A stretch of DNA of 39,360 nucleotides from an uncultured Coriobacteriaceae bacterium (GCA_964390275.1 CAYMHQ010000003.1:1-39360); one strand, 5' to 3'; positions 1 through 9,308 are shown, counted from the first letter of the stretch. Notes: generated by a model from the letters alone, not told the origin. A program made the numbers and translations.

Positions 1-1008
1 GTCGCGGGGCTGTCCCCGAACCCCTGCGAGTCCGGCGCGCCTGCGATGCCTGCGGTGACGAGCGCGCCGGCGGTGTCCGGGGAGCCGGCGGAGGGCGGCC
101 AGTCGCAGGCGGGCGACCTCGACCTCGCGGGCTTCATGGAATGGCTCGCGCTGCGCACCGACCTCGACGCCGCCTCGACCGACGGCGACAACGTGACCCT
201 CATGACGGTCCACGCGGCGAAGGGCCTCGAGTTCGACACCGTGTTCGTGGCGGGCATGGAGGAGACGGTCTTCCCCCACGTCTTCAACGGGACGCTCGGC
301 CAGGACCAGTCGAAGATCGAGGAGGAGCGGCGCCTCGCCTACGTCGCCATCACACGCGCCCGGCGCCGGCTCTACCTGTGCTACGCCCGCATGCGCCGGC
401 TCTTCGGCCAGGAGCAGCACAACCCCCTGTCGCGGTTCGTGAACGAGATCCCCGCCGAGCACGTGACCTACGTCGGCGTGGGCAGCGACGGGTACGAGGG
501 CTTCGGCTACGACAGGCGCGGCAGCAGGCACGGCATCGGCGGCGCCGGCCACAACGTCGAGGTGTACGACGGGAACGTCTTCGGGAACCGCACGCGCTCG
601 AGCGGCGCCAGCGCGACGGCGTCGGGCAGGTCGGCCTTCTCCTCGGGTCGTCCCTCGGCCTCGGGCAGGTCGGGCGTCTCGTTCGACTCCTTCGTCTCCT
701 CGGGTTCCTCGCGGTCCGGCTCTTCGCGCCCGGATTCCGGCCTTTCCTCAGGCTCCTCGCTGGGTTCGTCCCGTGCCTCCTCGCGCAGCTCCCTGCGCGA
801 CGCCCCCACACCCCAGGCGCCCACGAGGCAGTACGAGCGCGCCGAGGCCTCGACCTCGTTCGCGCCGGGCGACCGCGTGAACCACAAGAAGTTCGGCACG
901 GCCACGGTCGTGCGCATCGAGGGCGACAAGATAACGATCCATCTCGACAGCGGCGGCGAGAAGGTCCTGCTCAAGGGCTACGCGCCGATCGTCAAGATCA
1001 AGGGATAG
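1..1008 (+). CDS. pcrA: ATP-dependent DNA helicase, PcrA/UvrD family, C-terminal part (5' end lies outside the window)
   Basis: Frame 1 is open from nt 1. It contains the UvrD-type C-terminal helicase motifs (VTLMTVHAAKGLEFDTVFVAGMEE, RRLAYVAITRARRRLYL). A Ser/Gly/Arg-rich linker follows, then a Tudor-like tail (GDRVNHKKFGTATVVRIEGDKITI). Confidence 0.85.
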   Translation, partial: VAGLSPNPCESGAPAMPAVTSAPAVSGEPAEGGQSQAGDLDLAGFMEWLALRTDLDAASTDGDNVTLMTVHAAKGLEFDTVFVAGMEETVFPHVFNGTLGQDQSKIEEERRLAYVAITRARRRLYLCYARMRRLFGQEQHNPLSRFVNEIPAEHVTYVGVGSDGYEGFGYDRRGSRHGIGGAGHNVEVYDGNVFGNRTRSSGASATASGRSAFSSGRPSASGRSGVSFDSFVSSGSSRSGSSRPDSGLSSGSSLGSSRASSRSSLRDAPTPQAPTRQYERAEASTSFAPGDRVNHKKFGTATVVRIEGDKITIHLDSGGEKVLLKGYAPIVKIKG

Positions 1009-1021
1009 GGGGACGGCTGCC

Positions 1022-2335
1022 ATGGGTGGGGACGAGGCTCGCACGGAGGAGCGCCCGCGCACCGTAGGCACGGACGCGTCGGCCGATGGGGCGAAAGGCT
1101 CCGCGCCGCGTGCGTCGACGCAGTCCAGGCTCGTCCTCGTCCCGGTCGCGCTCGTCGCTGCGGGCGTCGCCGTCTGCGCGGCTGGGCCGGTCCCGCTCGG
1201 CGTCGTCCTCGCCGTGTTCGGCCTTCTCGTCGGCGTCGCGGAGACCCTCATCGGTTCTGCGCTCGTGAAGGTCTTTCTCGCGCCCCATGCAAACGCATTC
1301 ACCCTCATGTCGAGCCTTAAGGTTGCCCGCGGGTCAGGGGAGGCGTCTTGTGATGGACCTTCTTCCGTCGCCGTCTCCGACTCTGAGGACGCCGCCGAGC
1401 TCGAGGAGCGCGAGATCGACGAGGCGGTCGGCTGGGGCCTCACCCGCGCTGCGGCTGAGCGAGAGTCCTCGCTGACGGGACTCTCTCCCGAAGAGTCTTC
1501 TGTCATGCGCGTGAACATCCTACGCGAGCGGAGGGAAACCTACGCCTGGCTCTCCGAGCAGCCATTGTGGGAGCGGGTCTCGATCACCGCCGAGGACGGC
1601 GAGACGCTCGTGGCGCACGCGCTCGTCTGCCGTCCTGACAGCCCCCGGTGGGCGGTGCTCTGCCACGGGTACGCCGGGACCTGGGGCTCTATGATGCCCT
1701 ACGCGCGGCGTCTGGGGGAGCAGGGATTCAACCTTCTCGTCCCCGATATGCGCGCCCACGGTGAGAGCGGCGGTCGCCTCATCGGCCTCGGCCTCCTCGA
1801 CCGGCGCGACGTCGTGCTCTGGGCGCGGTGCCTCGTCGAGGGAGGGCTTGGCCTTCCCGTCGCAGCGGCGCCCTGCACGGACATTCTCCTGCTCGGCCAG
1901 AGCATGGGGGCGTGCGCGGTGTGCTCTGCGCTCGGGGAGCCCGACCTGCCCGCCGAGGTGCGCGTTGCGGTTGCCGACTCGGCTGTGTCTTCAGGGTGCG
2001 ATGCGGTCGCCGGGTTCATCGGCGCTCTCGGCCTGCCGGTGCATCCGCTCATCGAATTGCTCAGGCTAAACTTGAAGGTTAGACCTCGCGGTTACGACAT
2101 TGCTGACGTTCAACCTGAACGTTCCCTCGGGCGTTCGCAGGTGCCCCTCATCCTGTTCCACGGTGGTCGCGACCTCTCGGTGCCCGTCTCGTCCTCCGAG
2201 GTCCTCGCGCGCGCAGCTGGCTCCCGTGCGCGCCTCGTGGTCGTCCCCGGGGGAGGCCACTGCACGTCCTCGCTTGCGGACCCAGGCCGCTACTGGGGCG
2301 AGCTCATCGCGTTCGTCGAGCCGCGCCTCTCCTGA
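1022..2335 (+). CDS. Membrane-anchored alpha/beta-fold hydrolase
   Basis: Two N-terminal hydrophobic helices are followed by a hydrolase core: HGYAGTWG, DMRAHGESGG, nucleophile elbow GQSMGA, and a C-terminal GGGH. The ATG sits 13 nt after the pcrA stop, with AGGGGGA upstream. Confidence 0.75.
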   Translation: MGGDEARTEERPRTVGTDASADGAKGSAPRASTQSRLVLVPVALVAAGVAVCAAGPVPLGVVLAVFGLLVGVAETLIGSALVKVFLAPHANAFTLMSSLKVARGSGEASCDGPSSVAVSDSEDAAELEEREIDEAVGWGLTRAAAERESSLTGLSPEESSVMRVNILRERRETYAWLSEQPLWERVSITAEDGETLVAHALVCRPDSPRWAVLCHGYAGTWGSMMPYARRLGEQGFNLLVPDMRAHGESGGRLIGLGLLDRRDVVLWARCLVEGGLGLPVAAAPCTDILLLGQSMGACAVCSALGEPDLPAEVRVAVADSAVSSGCDAVAGFIGALGLPVHPLIELLRLNLKVRPRGYDIADVQPERSLGRSQVPLILFHGGRDLSVPVSSSEVLARAAGSRARLVVVPGGGHCTSSLADPGRYWGELIAFVEPRLS

Positions 2336-2531
2336 GCGCCTCCGCCCCTCTCCTGACCCGCACTGTTTATTCGCCGTGCATTGAGGCCGTCCGGCCCATG
2401 GCCCATCGGCGCGGCGTTACAATCTGCCCGATATTGCGACGCGCCCCGCGCTCCCGGCCGCCTTCTCTGGCGCACCCGGGCCGCCAGGCCGTCCGCCCGT
2501 GTCTCGAACAGGATGAACAGGAGTAGGTTCC

Positions 2532-3464
2532 ATGAGCAAGGTCCTTGTCTTCGGCCATAAGAACCCCGATAACGACGCGATCATGTCCGCGGTCGTGTTC
2601 TCGCGCATCGCCGCCGCGCTCGACCCCGACAACGAGTACGTCGCCTGCCGCCTCGGCGCGATGCCCGGCGAGAGCGCCAAACTGCTCGAGCAGTTCGGCA
2701 TCCCCGAGCCCCAGCTCCTCGAGAAGATCGAGCCCGCCGAGGAGAAGTGCAAGGTCATCCTGACCGACCACAACGAGCTCTCCCAGACGGTCGACGGCAT
2801 CGAGAACGCGCAGATTGTCGCGGTCATCGACCACCACCGCATCGCCGACGTCACCACCGCCCAGCCCATCGCGTTCATCAACCTGCCCTGGGGCTCGAGC
2901 TGCACAGTCATCGCCAAGCTGTTCGAGGCCACCGGCACCGAGCTCCCCGACGACCTCGCCACGCTGCTTCTCTCGGCCATGATGACCGACACGGTCATGC
3001 TCAAGTCGCCCACCACCACGGCGGTCGACCAGGACGTCGCGGAGAAGCTCGGCGCCCGCCTCGGCCTCGACCCGGTCGCGTTCGGCGCCCAGGTCTTCAA
3101 GAGCCGCGGGGCCGACGGGTTCACGCCCGAGCAGATGGTCTCGCGCGACATCAAGCGCTTCGAGATCGGCGGCAAGGCGGTCTACATCGGCCAGTACGAG
3201 ACCGTGAACAAGGAGCCCGTGCTCGAGCAGGCCGAGGCTCTGCGCGCGGCGATGGAGGAGTACCGCGTCGCCAACGGCGGCGACTCCCTCGTGCTCCTCG
3301 TGACCGACATCATCGAGGAGGGCTCGCAGGTCTTCGCCTGCGGCGACGTCTCGGTCGTCGAGCGCGGCCTTGGCATCGTGACCTCCCCCGAGGGCGTCTG
3401 GATGCCCGGCGTGCTCTCCCGCAAGAAGCAGGTCGCCGCGCCCCTCATCGCCGCGGCCGAGTAA
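2532..3464 (+). CDS. ppaC: Manganese-dependent inorganic pyrophosphatase (family II, DHH/DHHA2)
   Basis: MSKVLVFGHKNPDNDAIMSAVVFS, LTDHNE and IDHHR motifs, at the typical ~310 aa length. An AGGAGTAGG RBS precedes the ATG. Confidence 0.9.
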   Translation: MSKVLVFGHKNPDNDAIMSAVVFSRIAAALDPDNEYVACRLGAMPGESAKLLEQFGIPEPQLLEKIEPAEEKCKVILTDHNELSQTVDGIENAQIVAVIDHHRIADVTTAQPIAFINLPWGSSCTVIAKLFEATGTELPDDLATLLLSAMMTDTVMLKSPTTTAVDQDVAEKLGARLGLDPVAFGAQVFKSRGADGFTPEQMVSRDIKRFEIGGKAVYIGQYETVNKEPVLEQAEALRAAMEEYRVANGGDSLVLLVTDIIEEGSQVFACGDVSVVERGLGIVTSPEGVWMPGVLSRKKQVAAPLIAAAE

Positions 3465-3538
3465 GCCCCGGCGGGACCTTCTGACCTGTCCGCCGGACCG
3501 GCGCCCCGGACCGGCCGAACCGCCGAGCAAGTTCCCTC

Positions 3539-3582
3539 GGGCGGCGGCGTCGCACCTCTGCGTCGGCGCCGCCGCCCTTTTT
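3539..3582 (+). terminator. Rho-independent terminator after ppaC
   Basis: GGGCGGCGGCG (3539-3549) pairs perfectly with CGCCGCCGCCC (3567-3577). An inner CGCA/TGCG pairing is also present, and a TTTTT tract follows. Confidence 0.7.
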
Positions 3583-3631
3583 CGACACCGCGTGTCCCCG
3601 CGACCGCGCGACCCGGAGAGGAGGCCGACCC

Positions 3632-4282
3632 ATGGCGTGCGGAGAAAAGTCCCGGCTGCTGCTCCACGCCTGCTGCGGCCCGTGCTCCCTCGAGCCGACC
3701 CGCGTGCTGCGCGAGGAGGGCTACGACATCACCATCTGCTACGTGAACCCGAACATCCACCCTGCGGCCGAGTACGCCAGGCGCCTCGACGTGCTCCGCG
3801 GGTGGGCGGCGACCGAGGGCCTCGAGGTGCTCGAGGGGCCGTGCGACACCGGCGCCTGGGAACGCGACGTCGCCCGCTGGGGCACGAACCGCCCGGCGCG
3901 CTGCGCGGCGTGCTACCGGCTGCGGCTCGCCGAGGCCGCCAGGATGGCATCAGACCTCGGGTTCACCCACATCTCGACCACGCTCGCCGTCTCGCCCTAC
4001 CAGCTCTTCGACGCGTGCGGCCGCGCCCTCGCCGAGGTCGCGGGGGAGCGCGGCCTGACCGGCGTTTGGCGCGACTTCCGCCCCCTCTACCCTGCCGCGA
4101 CGGAGCGCGCGAAGAGGCTCGGGCTCTACCGGCAGAACTACTGCGGCTGCCGCTTCTCCGCCGCCGAGGCCGCCCTCGAACGCTGCGAGGCGCGCGAGCA
4201 GCGAAACCTCACTCGCGACCTCGGTCGCGCATGCGCCGCGGCCTCGTCCGCTGTATCGCCGAGCTCCGCGGCTCGCGCGTAA
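3632..4282 (+). CDS. queH: Epoxyqueuosine reductase QueH (DUF208)
   Basis: LLLHACCGPCS, CAACYRLR and YRQNYCGCRFS cysteine motifs characteristic of QueH. A GGAGAGGAGG RBS lies upstream. Confidence 0.85.
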   Translation: MACGEKSRLLLHACCGPCSLEPTRVLREEGYDITICYVNPNIHPAAEYARRLDVLRGWAATEGLEVLEGPCDTGAWERDVARWGTNRPARCAACYRLRLAEAARMASDLGFTHISTTLAVSPYQLFDACGRALAEVAGERGLTGVWRDFRPLYPAATERAKRLGLYRQNYCGCRFSAAEAALERCEAREQRNLTRDLGRACAAASSAVSPSSAARA

Positions 4283-4309
4283 ACCCTCAGTCCCCGAGAG
4301 AGGTGCTCC

Positions 4310-5500
4310 ATGGAAGTCAAGCCTCCCGCAAGCGAATCGACCGCCCCTGCCACGCCGCCTGTCGACCTCGCCGCCCTTCGCGTGCGCATGGACTCGGTGA
4401 ACGAGCGCATGCTCGCCCTCTTCGAGGAGCGCATGGCGCTCTCCGACGAGATCGCGGCCCTCAAGCGCGTCTCCGGCCAGCGTCCCTACGACCCCGCCCG
4501 CGAGCGCGAGATCATCGCGCGGGTGCGCTCCGAGGCGCCGGAGGGGCTGGGCAGCGCCGCGACCGTCCTGTTTTCCCTGCTCATGGAGATGAGCCGCGGC
4601 AGGCAGGACCGGTTGCTCCGCCCCTCGAGCCCGCTCGGCGAGCGCGTCGCGGCGGCCGTCGCGGAGTCGCCGTCTCATCTCCCCGCGGGCGCGAGCGTCG
4701 CGGTCCTCGGCATCGAGGGCTCCTATTCCCAGCTCGCCTGCGAGAAGATGTTCAAGCGCCCCTCCGTCAGCTTCTTCAGGGACGCGCGCGGCGTGGTGAG
4801 GGCCGTCGCCGAGGGTCTCTGCGACTACGGCGTCCTGCCGTTCGAGTTCACCGGCGAGGCGGGGGAGGGCGTCGTCGACCTCCTGTGCGATACGGACTGC
4901 CACATCGTGCGCATGTGCGAGGTGCGCGTGGCGCGCGACCTGCTCGCCCTGCCGGGCGCGACGCTCGAGGGCCTTCGCGAGGTCGTCTCCGACCCGCGCG
5001 CCGCGGCGCGCTGCTGCGCCGGCACCCTTGCCCGCGACGGCGTGCGCTTCACGACCGTCGGGGACGCCGCCGAGGCCGCGCGCGCCGTCGCCTCGTCAGG
5101 GCGGCTCGACCTGGCGGCGCTCTGCGGGCGCGCCTGCGCCGACGTCTACGGCCTCGTCCCCCTCGAGCGCCAGGTCGACCTCGGCCCCTTCGGCCCCATG
5201 CGGTTCGCCTGCGTGGGCCCCGGCCTGCGGATCCTCCCCGGCGCCGACCGCACGGCGATCAGGATGACCCTCCCCAACGAGCCCGGCTCTCTCTACCGCG
5301 TCCTCGCGCGCGTCTACGCGCTCGACGTGAACGTCGCGTCCATCGCGAGCCTGCCCTCCCGGGGGTGCGACGAGGAGGCCCGCTTCCTCTGCGAGCTCGA
5401 GGCCTCCGTCTACACGCCCGAGTTCGCCTCGCTCGTCTGCGAGCTTGACGACATCTGCGCGGGCTTCAGCTATCTCGGCAGTTATTGCGAGGTCCGCTAG
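4310..5500 (+). CDS. pheA: Bifunctional chorismate mutase / prephenate dehydratase (divergent P-protein)
   Basis: The N-terminal chorismate-mutase helix pattern is present (LRVRMDSVNERMLALFEERMALSDEIAALK). A PDT-like core (VAVLGIEGSYSQLA, GVLPFE, MRFACVG) and an ACT-like C-terminus follow. Several canonical PDT residues are substituted, so specificity is uncertain. Confidence 0.7.
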   Translation: MEVKPPASESTAPATPPVDLAALRVRMDSVNERMLALFEERMALSDEIAALKRVSGQRPYDPAREREIIARVRSEAPEGLGSAATVLFSLLMEMSRGRQDRLLRPSSPLGERVAAAVAESPSHLPAGASVAVLGIEGSYSQLACEKMFKRPSVSFFRDARGVVRAVAEGLCDYGVLPFEFTGEAGEGVVDLLCDTDCHIVRMCEVRVARDLLALPGATLEGLREVVSDPRAAARCCAGTLARDGVRFTTVGDAAEAARAVASSGRLDLAALCGRACADVYGLVPLERQVDLGPFGPMRFACVGPGLRILPGADRTAIRMTLPNEPGSLYRVLARVYALDVNVASIASLPSRGCDEEARFLCELEASVYTPEFASLVCELDDICAGFSYLGSYCEVR

Positions 5501-5555
5501 GGAGGGCGCCGCGGCGCGCCGGCGCCTGTATCATGGGGCGGTGAATCGGACAAGC

Positions 5556-5617
5556 AACCGGTGAGAGCTGGCGAGAACCGGTGAGGGCTGGCTGGAACCG
5601 GTAAGAACTGGTAAGGA
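5556..5617 (+). repeat. Tandem array in the pyrE leader: six 10-nt units (equivalently three 20-nt units)
   Basis: The units are CCGGTGAGAG, CTGGCGAGAA, CCGGTGAGGG, CTGGCTGGAA, CCGGTAAGAA and CTGGTAAGGA (5558-5617). The last unit overlaps the AAGGAG RBS at 5613-5618. Confidence 0.9.
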
Positions 5618-5629
5618 GCGTGCGTTCCC

Positions 5630-6280
5630 GTGATCGACAAGATCGAGATTGCAAAAGCCCTGCTCGGCATCAAGGCCGTCTTCCTGCGCCCCGACGAGCC
5701 CTTTGTCTGGTCGTCGGGCATCAAGAGCCCCGTCTACTGCGACAACCGCCTCATCCTCTCGTACCCCGAGGTGCGCGAGATGGTCGAGACCGGGATCGCG
5801 GAGAACGTCCGCGAGCGGTTCGGCGAGGCGGAGACGCTCATGGGCACCTCCACGGCGGGCATCGCCCACGCCGCCATCGCCGCCTACAAGCTCGGCCTCC
5901 CCATGGGCTACGTGCGCGGCGGCGCGAAGGACCACGGCCGCAAGAACCAGATCGAGGGCCTCTGCGAGCCCGGGACCAAGGTCGTCGTCGTCGAGGACCT
6001 CATCTCCACGGCGGGCTCCGCGCTCGAGTGCGTGGGCGTGCTGCGCGCCGCGGGCGCCGAGGTGCTCGGCGTCGCCTCCATCTTCACCTACGGGATGCGC
6101 TCTGGCCTCGACCACCTCGCCGAGGCGGGCGTCGAGAACGTCTCGCTCACCGACTTCGACACGCTCGTCGAGGTCGCCGCGCGGGAGGGCTACATCCGCC
6201 CGGACGACGTGGCGCGCCTGCTCGCGTTCCGCGCGAACCCCTCCGACGAGTCTTGGATCGCCGCCGCCTCCGCCGAGTAG
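5630..6280 (+). CDS. pyrE: Orotate phosphoribosyltransferase
   Basis: GTG start 11 nt after AAGGAG. Motifs FVWSSGIKSPVYCDNR and the PRPP-binding loop VVVVEDLISTAGS. Confidence 0.9.
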   Translation: MIDKIEIAKALLGIKAVFLRPDEPFVWSSGIKSPVYCDNRLILSYPEVREMVETGIAENVRERFGEAETLMGTSTAGIAHAAIAAYKLGLPMGYVRGGAKDHGRKNQIEGLCEPGTKVVVVEDLISTAGSALECVGVLRAAGAEVLGVASIFTYGMRSGLDHLAEAGVENVSLTDFDTLVEVAAREGYIRPDDVARLLAFRANPSDESWIAAASAE

Positions 6281-6498
6281 CGCCGCACGCCGCCCGCCGC
6301 GACCCGCACGCCGCGACCGCCCGCCACGGCCCGCCCGCCGCGCGCGGCACGCTACTGTAGCGGGACTGTGGCCCGTTGGTTAATATCTCGTAACGCCGCT
6401 CAGACCGGGTCTATAGTACGTTCAACCGTGCGTTTTCACGAGCTTCTTCACGTGTAACCCGACCCCGCCGGACTATGAATCAGGAGGACATCCCTACC

Positions 6499-7539
6499 AT
6501 GGACGCCATCGAAAAGAAGGACCTCGACTGGGGCAACCTCACCTTCTCCTACCAGCCCACCGACTACAGCTACGTCTGCAACTACCGCAACGGCGCGTGG
6601 GAGGAGGGCGGCCTCACCAAGGACCACTCGGTGACGATCTCCGAGTGCTCCGGCATCCTCCACTACTGCCAGGAGTGCTTCGAGGGCCTCAAGGCCTACA
6701 CCACGCAGGACGGCTCCATCGTCTGCTTCCGCCCCGACATGAACGCCTCCCGCATGGCCGATTCGGCTCGCCGCCTCGTCATGCCCGCGTTCCCCGAGGA
6801 CAAGTTCATCGAGGCCGTCAAGATGGTCGTCAAGGCCAACGCCGCGTGGGTGCCGCCGTTCGGCTCGGGCGCCACGCTCTACGTGCGCCCCTTCATGTTC
6901 GCGACCGGTGAGGTCATCGGCGTCAAGCCCGCGACCGAGTACCAGTTCCGCATCCTCGTCACGCCCGTGGGCCCCTACTTCAAGGGCGGCTGCAAGCCGG
7001 TGAGCATCTGCGTGTCGCAGTACGACCGCGCCGCGCCCCACGGCACCGGCAACATCAAGGCCGGCCTCAACTACGCGATGAGCCTCTACCCCTACCAGCT
7101 CGCCCATGACAACGGCTTCGACGAGAACATGTTCCTCGATTCGCAGAGCCGCACCTACGTGGAGGAGACCGGCGGCGCGAACTTCCTGTTCGTCGCCAAG
7201 GACGGCACCCTCGTCGTGCCCCAGTCGCACACCGACTCGATCCTGCCCTCGATCACCCGCCGCTCGCTCGTCTACGTCGCGCGCCACATGCTCGGCATGC
7301 AGGTCGTCGAGCGCCCGGTCCTCTACAGCGAGATCGGCGACTTCATCGAGTGCGGCCTCTGCGGCACCGCGGCGGTCATCTCGCCCGTGGGCCGCGTGAC
7401 CGACGGCGAGAAGGTCATCGAGTTCCCGAGCGGCATGACCGAGATGGGCCCTGTCATGGGCCGTCTGCGCTCCACGCTCTGCGACATCCAGTCCGGCGCC
7501 ATCGAGGGCCCCGAGGGCTGGGTCGTCAAGATCTGCTAA
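6499..7539 (+). CDS. ilvE: Branched-chain amino acid aminotransferase (class IV)
   Basis: LDWGNLTFSY, FEGLKAY and GTGNIKAGLNYA motifs. I prefer ATG 6499 (CAGGAGGA RBS at 6481-6488) over the track's in-frame ATG at 6475. Confidence 0.85.
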   Translation: MDAIEKKDLDWGNLTFSYQPTDYSYVCNYRNGAWEEGGLTKDHSVTISECSGILHYCQECFEGLKAYTTQDGSIVCFRPDMNASRMADSARRLVMPAFPEDKFIEAVKMVVKANAAWVPPFGSGATLYVRPFMFATGEVIGVKPATEYQFRILVTPVGPYFKGGCKPVSICVSQYDRAAPHGTGNIKAGLNYAMSLYPYQLAHDNGFDENMFLDSQSRTYVEETGGANFLFVAKDGTLVVPQSHTDSILPSITRRSLVYVARHMLGMQVVERPVLYSEIGDFIECGLCGTAAVISPVGRVTDGEKVIEFPSGMTEMGPVMGRLRSTLCDIQSGAIEGPEGWVVKIC

Positions 7540-7632
7540 TCCAGGCGACTCTCCGGTAGGCAAGGCGGCTCGCGCTCGCAGCGCGGTCTCGCGCCGCTGC
7601 CTGTCCGTTTGCTCATGCTGTGAATTTCGGGC

Positions 7633-7668
7633 GCGTCCGGCATCCGTCGGGCGCGTCCTTTCGTTTTT
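7633..7668 (+). terminator. Probable intrinsic terminator after ilvE
   Basis: GCGTCCG (7633-7639) pairs with CGGGCGC (7648-7654), with one G-U pair. The T-rich run GTCCTTTCGTTTTT follows. Confidence 0.4.
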
Positions 7669-7754
7669 CTGGGAAGCACGCCCCCAAGGCGCTCGACTTG
7701 GCGTAAAATCGCTCGGTTGTTTTCCTCCGCCGAAGAGAGAGGCCCGGCCCATCC

Positions 7755-9236
7755 ATGCAGATCGGATTTGACAACGACAAGTACATCGCGCTCCAGGCGG
7801 AGCGCATCCGCGGCCGCATCGAGCAGTTCGGCGGGAAGCTCTACCTCGAGTTCGGCGGCAAGCTGTTCGACGACTACCACGCCGCGCGCGTGCTGCCCGG
7901 GTTCGAGCCCGACACCAAGATCCGCATGCTCCAGAGCATGGTCGACGACGTCGAGATCGTCATCGCGATCAACGCGAACGACATCGAGTCGAACAAGCGC
8001 CGCGGCGACATCGGCATCACCTACGACGAGGAGGTACTGCGCCTCATGGACGCGTTCCGCGGCATGGGGTTCTACGTGGGCAGCGTCGTCGTCACGCACT
8101 TCGCCGGCCAGCCGGGCGCCAAGGCGTTCCGCAACCGCCTCGCCTCCATGGGGATCCGCAGCTACAAGCACTATCCCATCGCCGGCTACCCCTACGATAT
8201 CGACCACATCGTGAGCGACGAGGGCTTCGGCCGCAACGAGTACGTCGAGACCTCCCGCCCGCTCGTCGTGGTCACCGCGCCGGGCCCCGGCAGCGGCAAG
8301 ATGGCGACCTGCCTCTCCCAGCTCTACCACGAGTACAAGCGCGGGGTCTCCGCCGGCTACGCCAAGTACGAGACGTTCCCGATCTGGAACCTCCCGCTCA
8401 AGCACCCGGTGAACATCGCGTACGAGGCCGCCACGGTCGACCTCAACGACTCGAACATCATCGACCCCTTCCACCTCGAGGCCTACGGCGAGGTCACGGT
8501 CAACTACAACCGCGACGTCGAGACGTTCCCCGTGCTCAAGGCCATGATGGAGAAGATCATGGGGACGAGCCCCTACCTGTCGCCCACCGACATGGGCGTG
8601 AACATGGCGGGCCTGGCCATCTCCGACGACGCGGTGGTGCGCGAGGCCGCCAAGGCCGAGATCGTCCGCAGGTACTACCAGACCGCGGTCGAGTCGAAGC
8701 GCACGGGCGGCGACGGGCACGACGTCGAGACGCTCGTGCTGCTCATGAACCAGGCAGGCGTCACGGCGCAGTACTCCCCGGCGCACGGCGCGGCCATGGA
8801 CAAGGAGGCCGAGACGGGCGCGCCCGCGGGCGCCATGGTGCTCCCCGACGGCACGATCGTGACGGGGCGCACCTCGTCGAGGCTCGGCGCCGCGTCGTCC
8901 CTGCTCCTCAACGCCCTCAAGCGCGTCGCGGGAATCCCCGAGGAGACCTACATCATCAGCGACGACGCGATCGACCCCATCTGCCGCCTCAAGACTGAGC
9001 ACCTGCGCAGCAAGAACCCGCGCCTCCACTCCGACGAGATGCTCATCGCGCTCTCGATCAGCTCGGCCGTGAACCCCCTCGCCGCCCAGGCCATCGCCTG
9101 CGCGAACGACCTGCGCGGCTGCGACGCGTACTTCTCGGTCATCCTCTCGAACGCCGACGAGAAGCTGTTCAAGACGCTCGGCATCAACGTCCTGTGCGAG
9201 CCCAAGTTCGAGCGCAGGAGCTACTACCACAAGTAA
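7755..9236 (+). CDS. DUF1846 / UPF0371 family protein (function unknown)
   Basis: The N-terminus MQIGFDNDKYIALQAERI...LYLEFGGKLFDDYHAARVLPGFEPD matches my memory of the UPF0371 family. The ~490 aa length is typical of that family. Confidence 0.8.
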   Translation: MQIGFDNDKYIALQAERIRGRIEQFGGKLYLEFGGKLFDDYHAARVLPGFEPDTKIRMLQSMVDDVEIVIAINANDIESNKRRGDIGITYDEEVLRLMDAFRGMGFYVGSVVVTHFAGQPGAKAFRNRLASMGIRSYKHYPIAGYPYDIDHIVSDEGFGRNEYVETSRPLVVVTAPGPGSGKMATCLSQLYHEYKRGVSAGYAKYETFPIWNLPLKHPVNIAYEAATVDLNDSNIIDPFHLEAYGEVTVNYNRDVETFPVLKAMMEKIMGTSPYLSPTDMGVNMAGLAISDDAVVREAAKAEIVRRYYQTAVESKRTGGDGHDVETLVLLMNQAGVTAQYSPAHGAAMDKEAETGAPAGAMVLPDGTIVTGRTSSRLGAASSLLLNALKRVAGIPEETYIISDDAIDPICRLKTEHLRSKNPRLHSDEMLIALSISSAVNPLAAQAIACANDLRGCDAYFSVILSNADEKLFKTLGINVLCEPKFERRSYYHK

Positions 9237-9308
9237 CGGTGGTCACAGCAGCGCCTCCGCGGGCAGATCCGCGGCGGCGGCCGATTCGACAGGGGAGGGG
9301 GCGGCGCC

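Noticed and set aside
2416-2427. The 12-mer GTTACAATCTGC occurs upstream of both ppaC (2416-2427) and the second SBP gene (27464-27475), and could be a shared regulatory box.
   Set aside because: A single shared 12-mer in a window this size can arise by chance. Both instances are adequately explained as TACAAT -10 elements. The ppaC copy has no convincing -35.
3592-5448. A 618-aa plus-strand ORF in an alternative frame, overlapping queH and pheA.
   Set aside because: The translation is Arg/Pro/Gly-rich nonsense. queH and pheA in their own frames carry diagnostic motifs and RBSs.
6281-6360. A GC-rich run downstream of pyrE with recurring CGCACGCCGC / CGCCCGCC strings, considered as a repeat element or CRISPR-like feature.
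   Set aside because: The repeats are short, irregular and without spacer structure. This looks like simple low-complexity GC-rich intergenic sequence.
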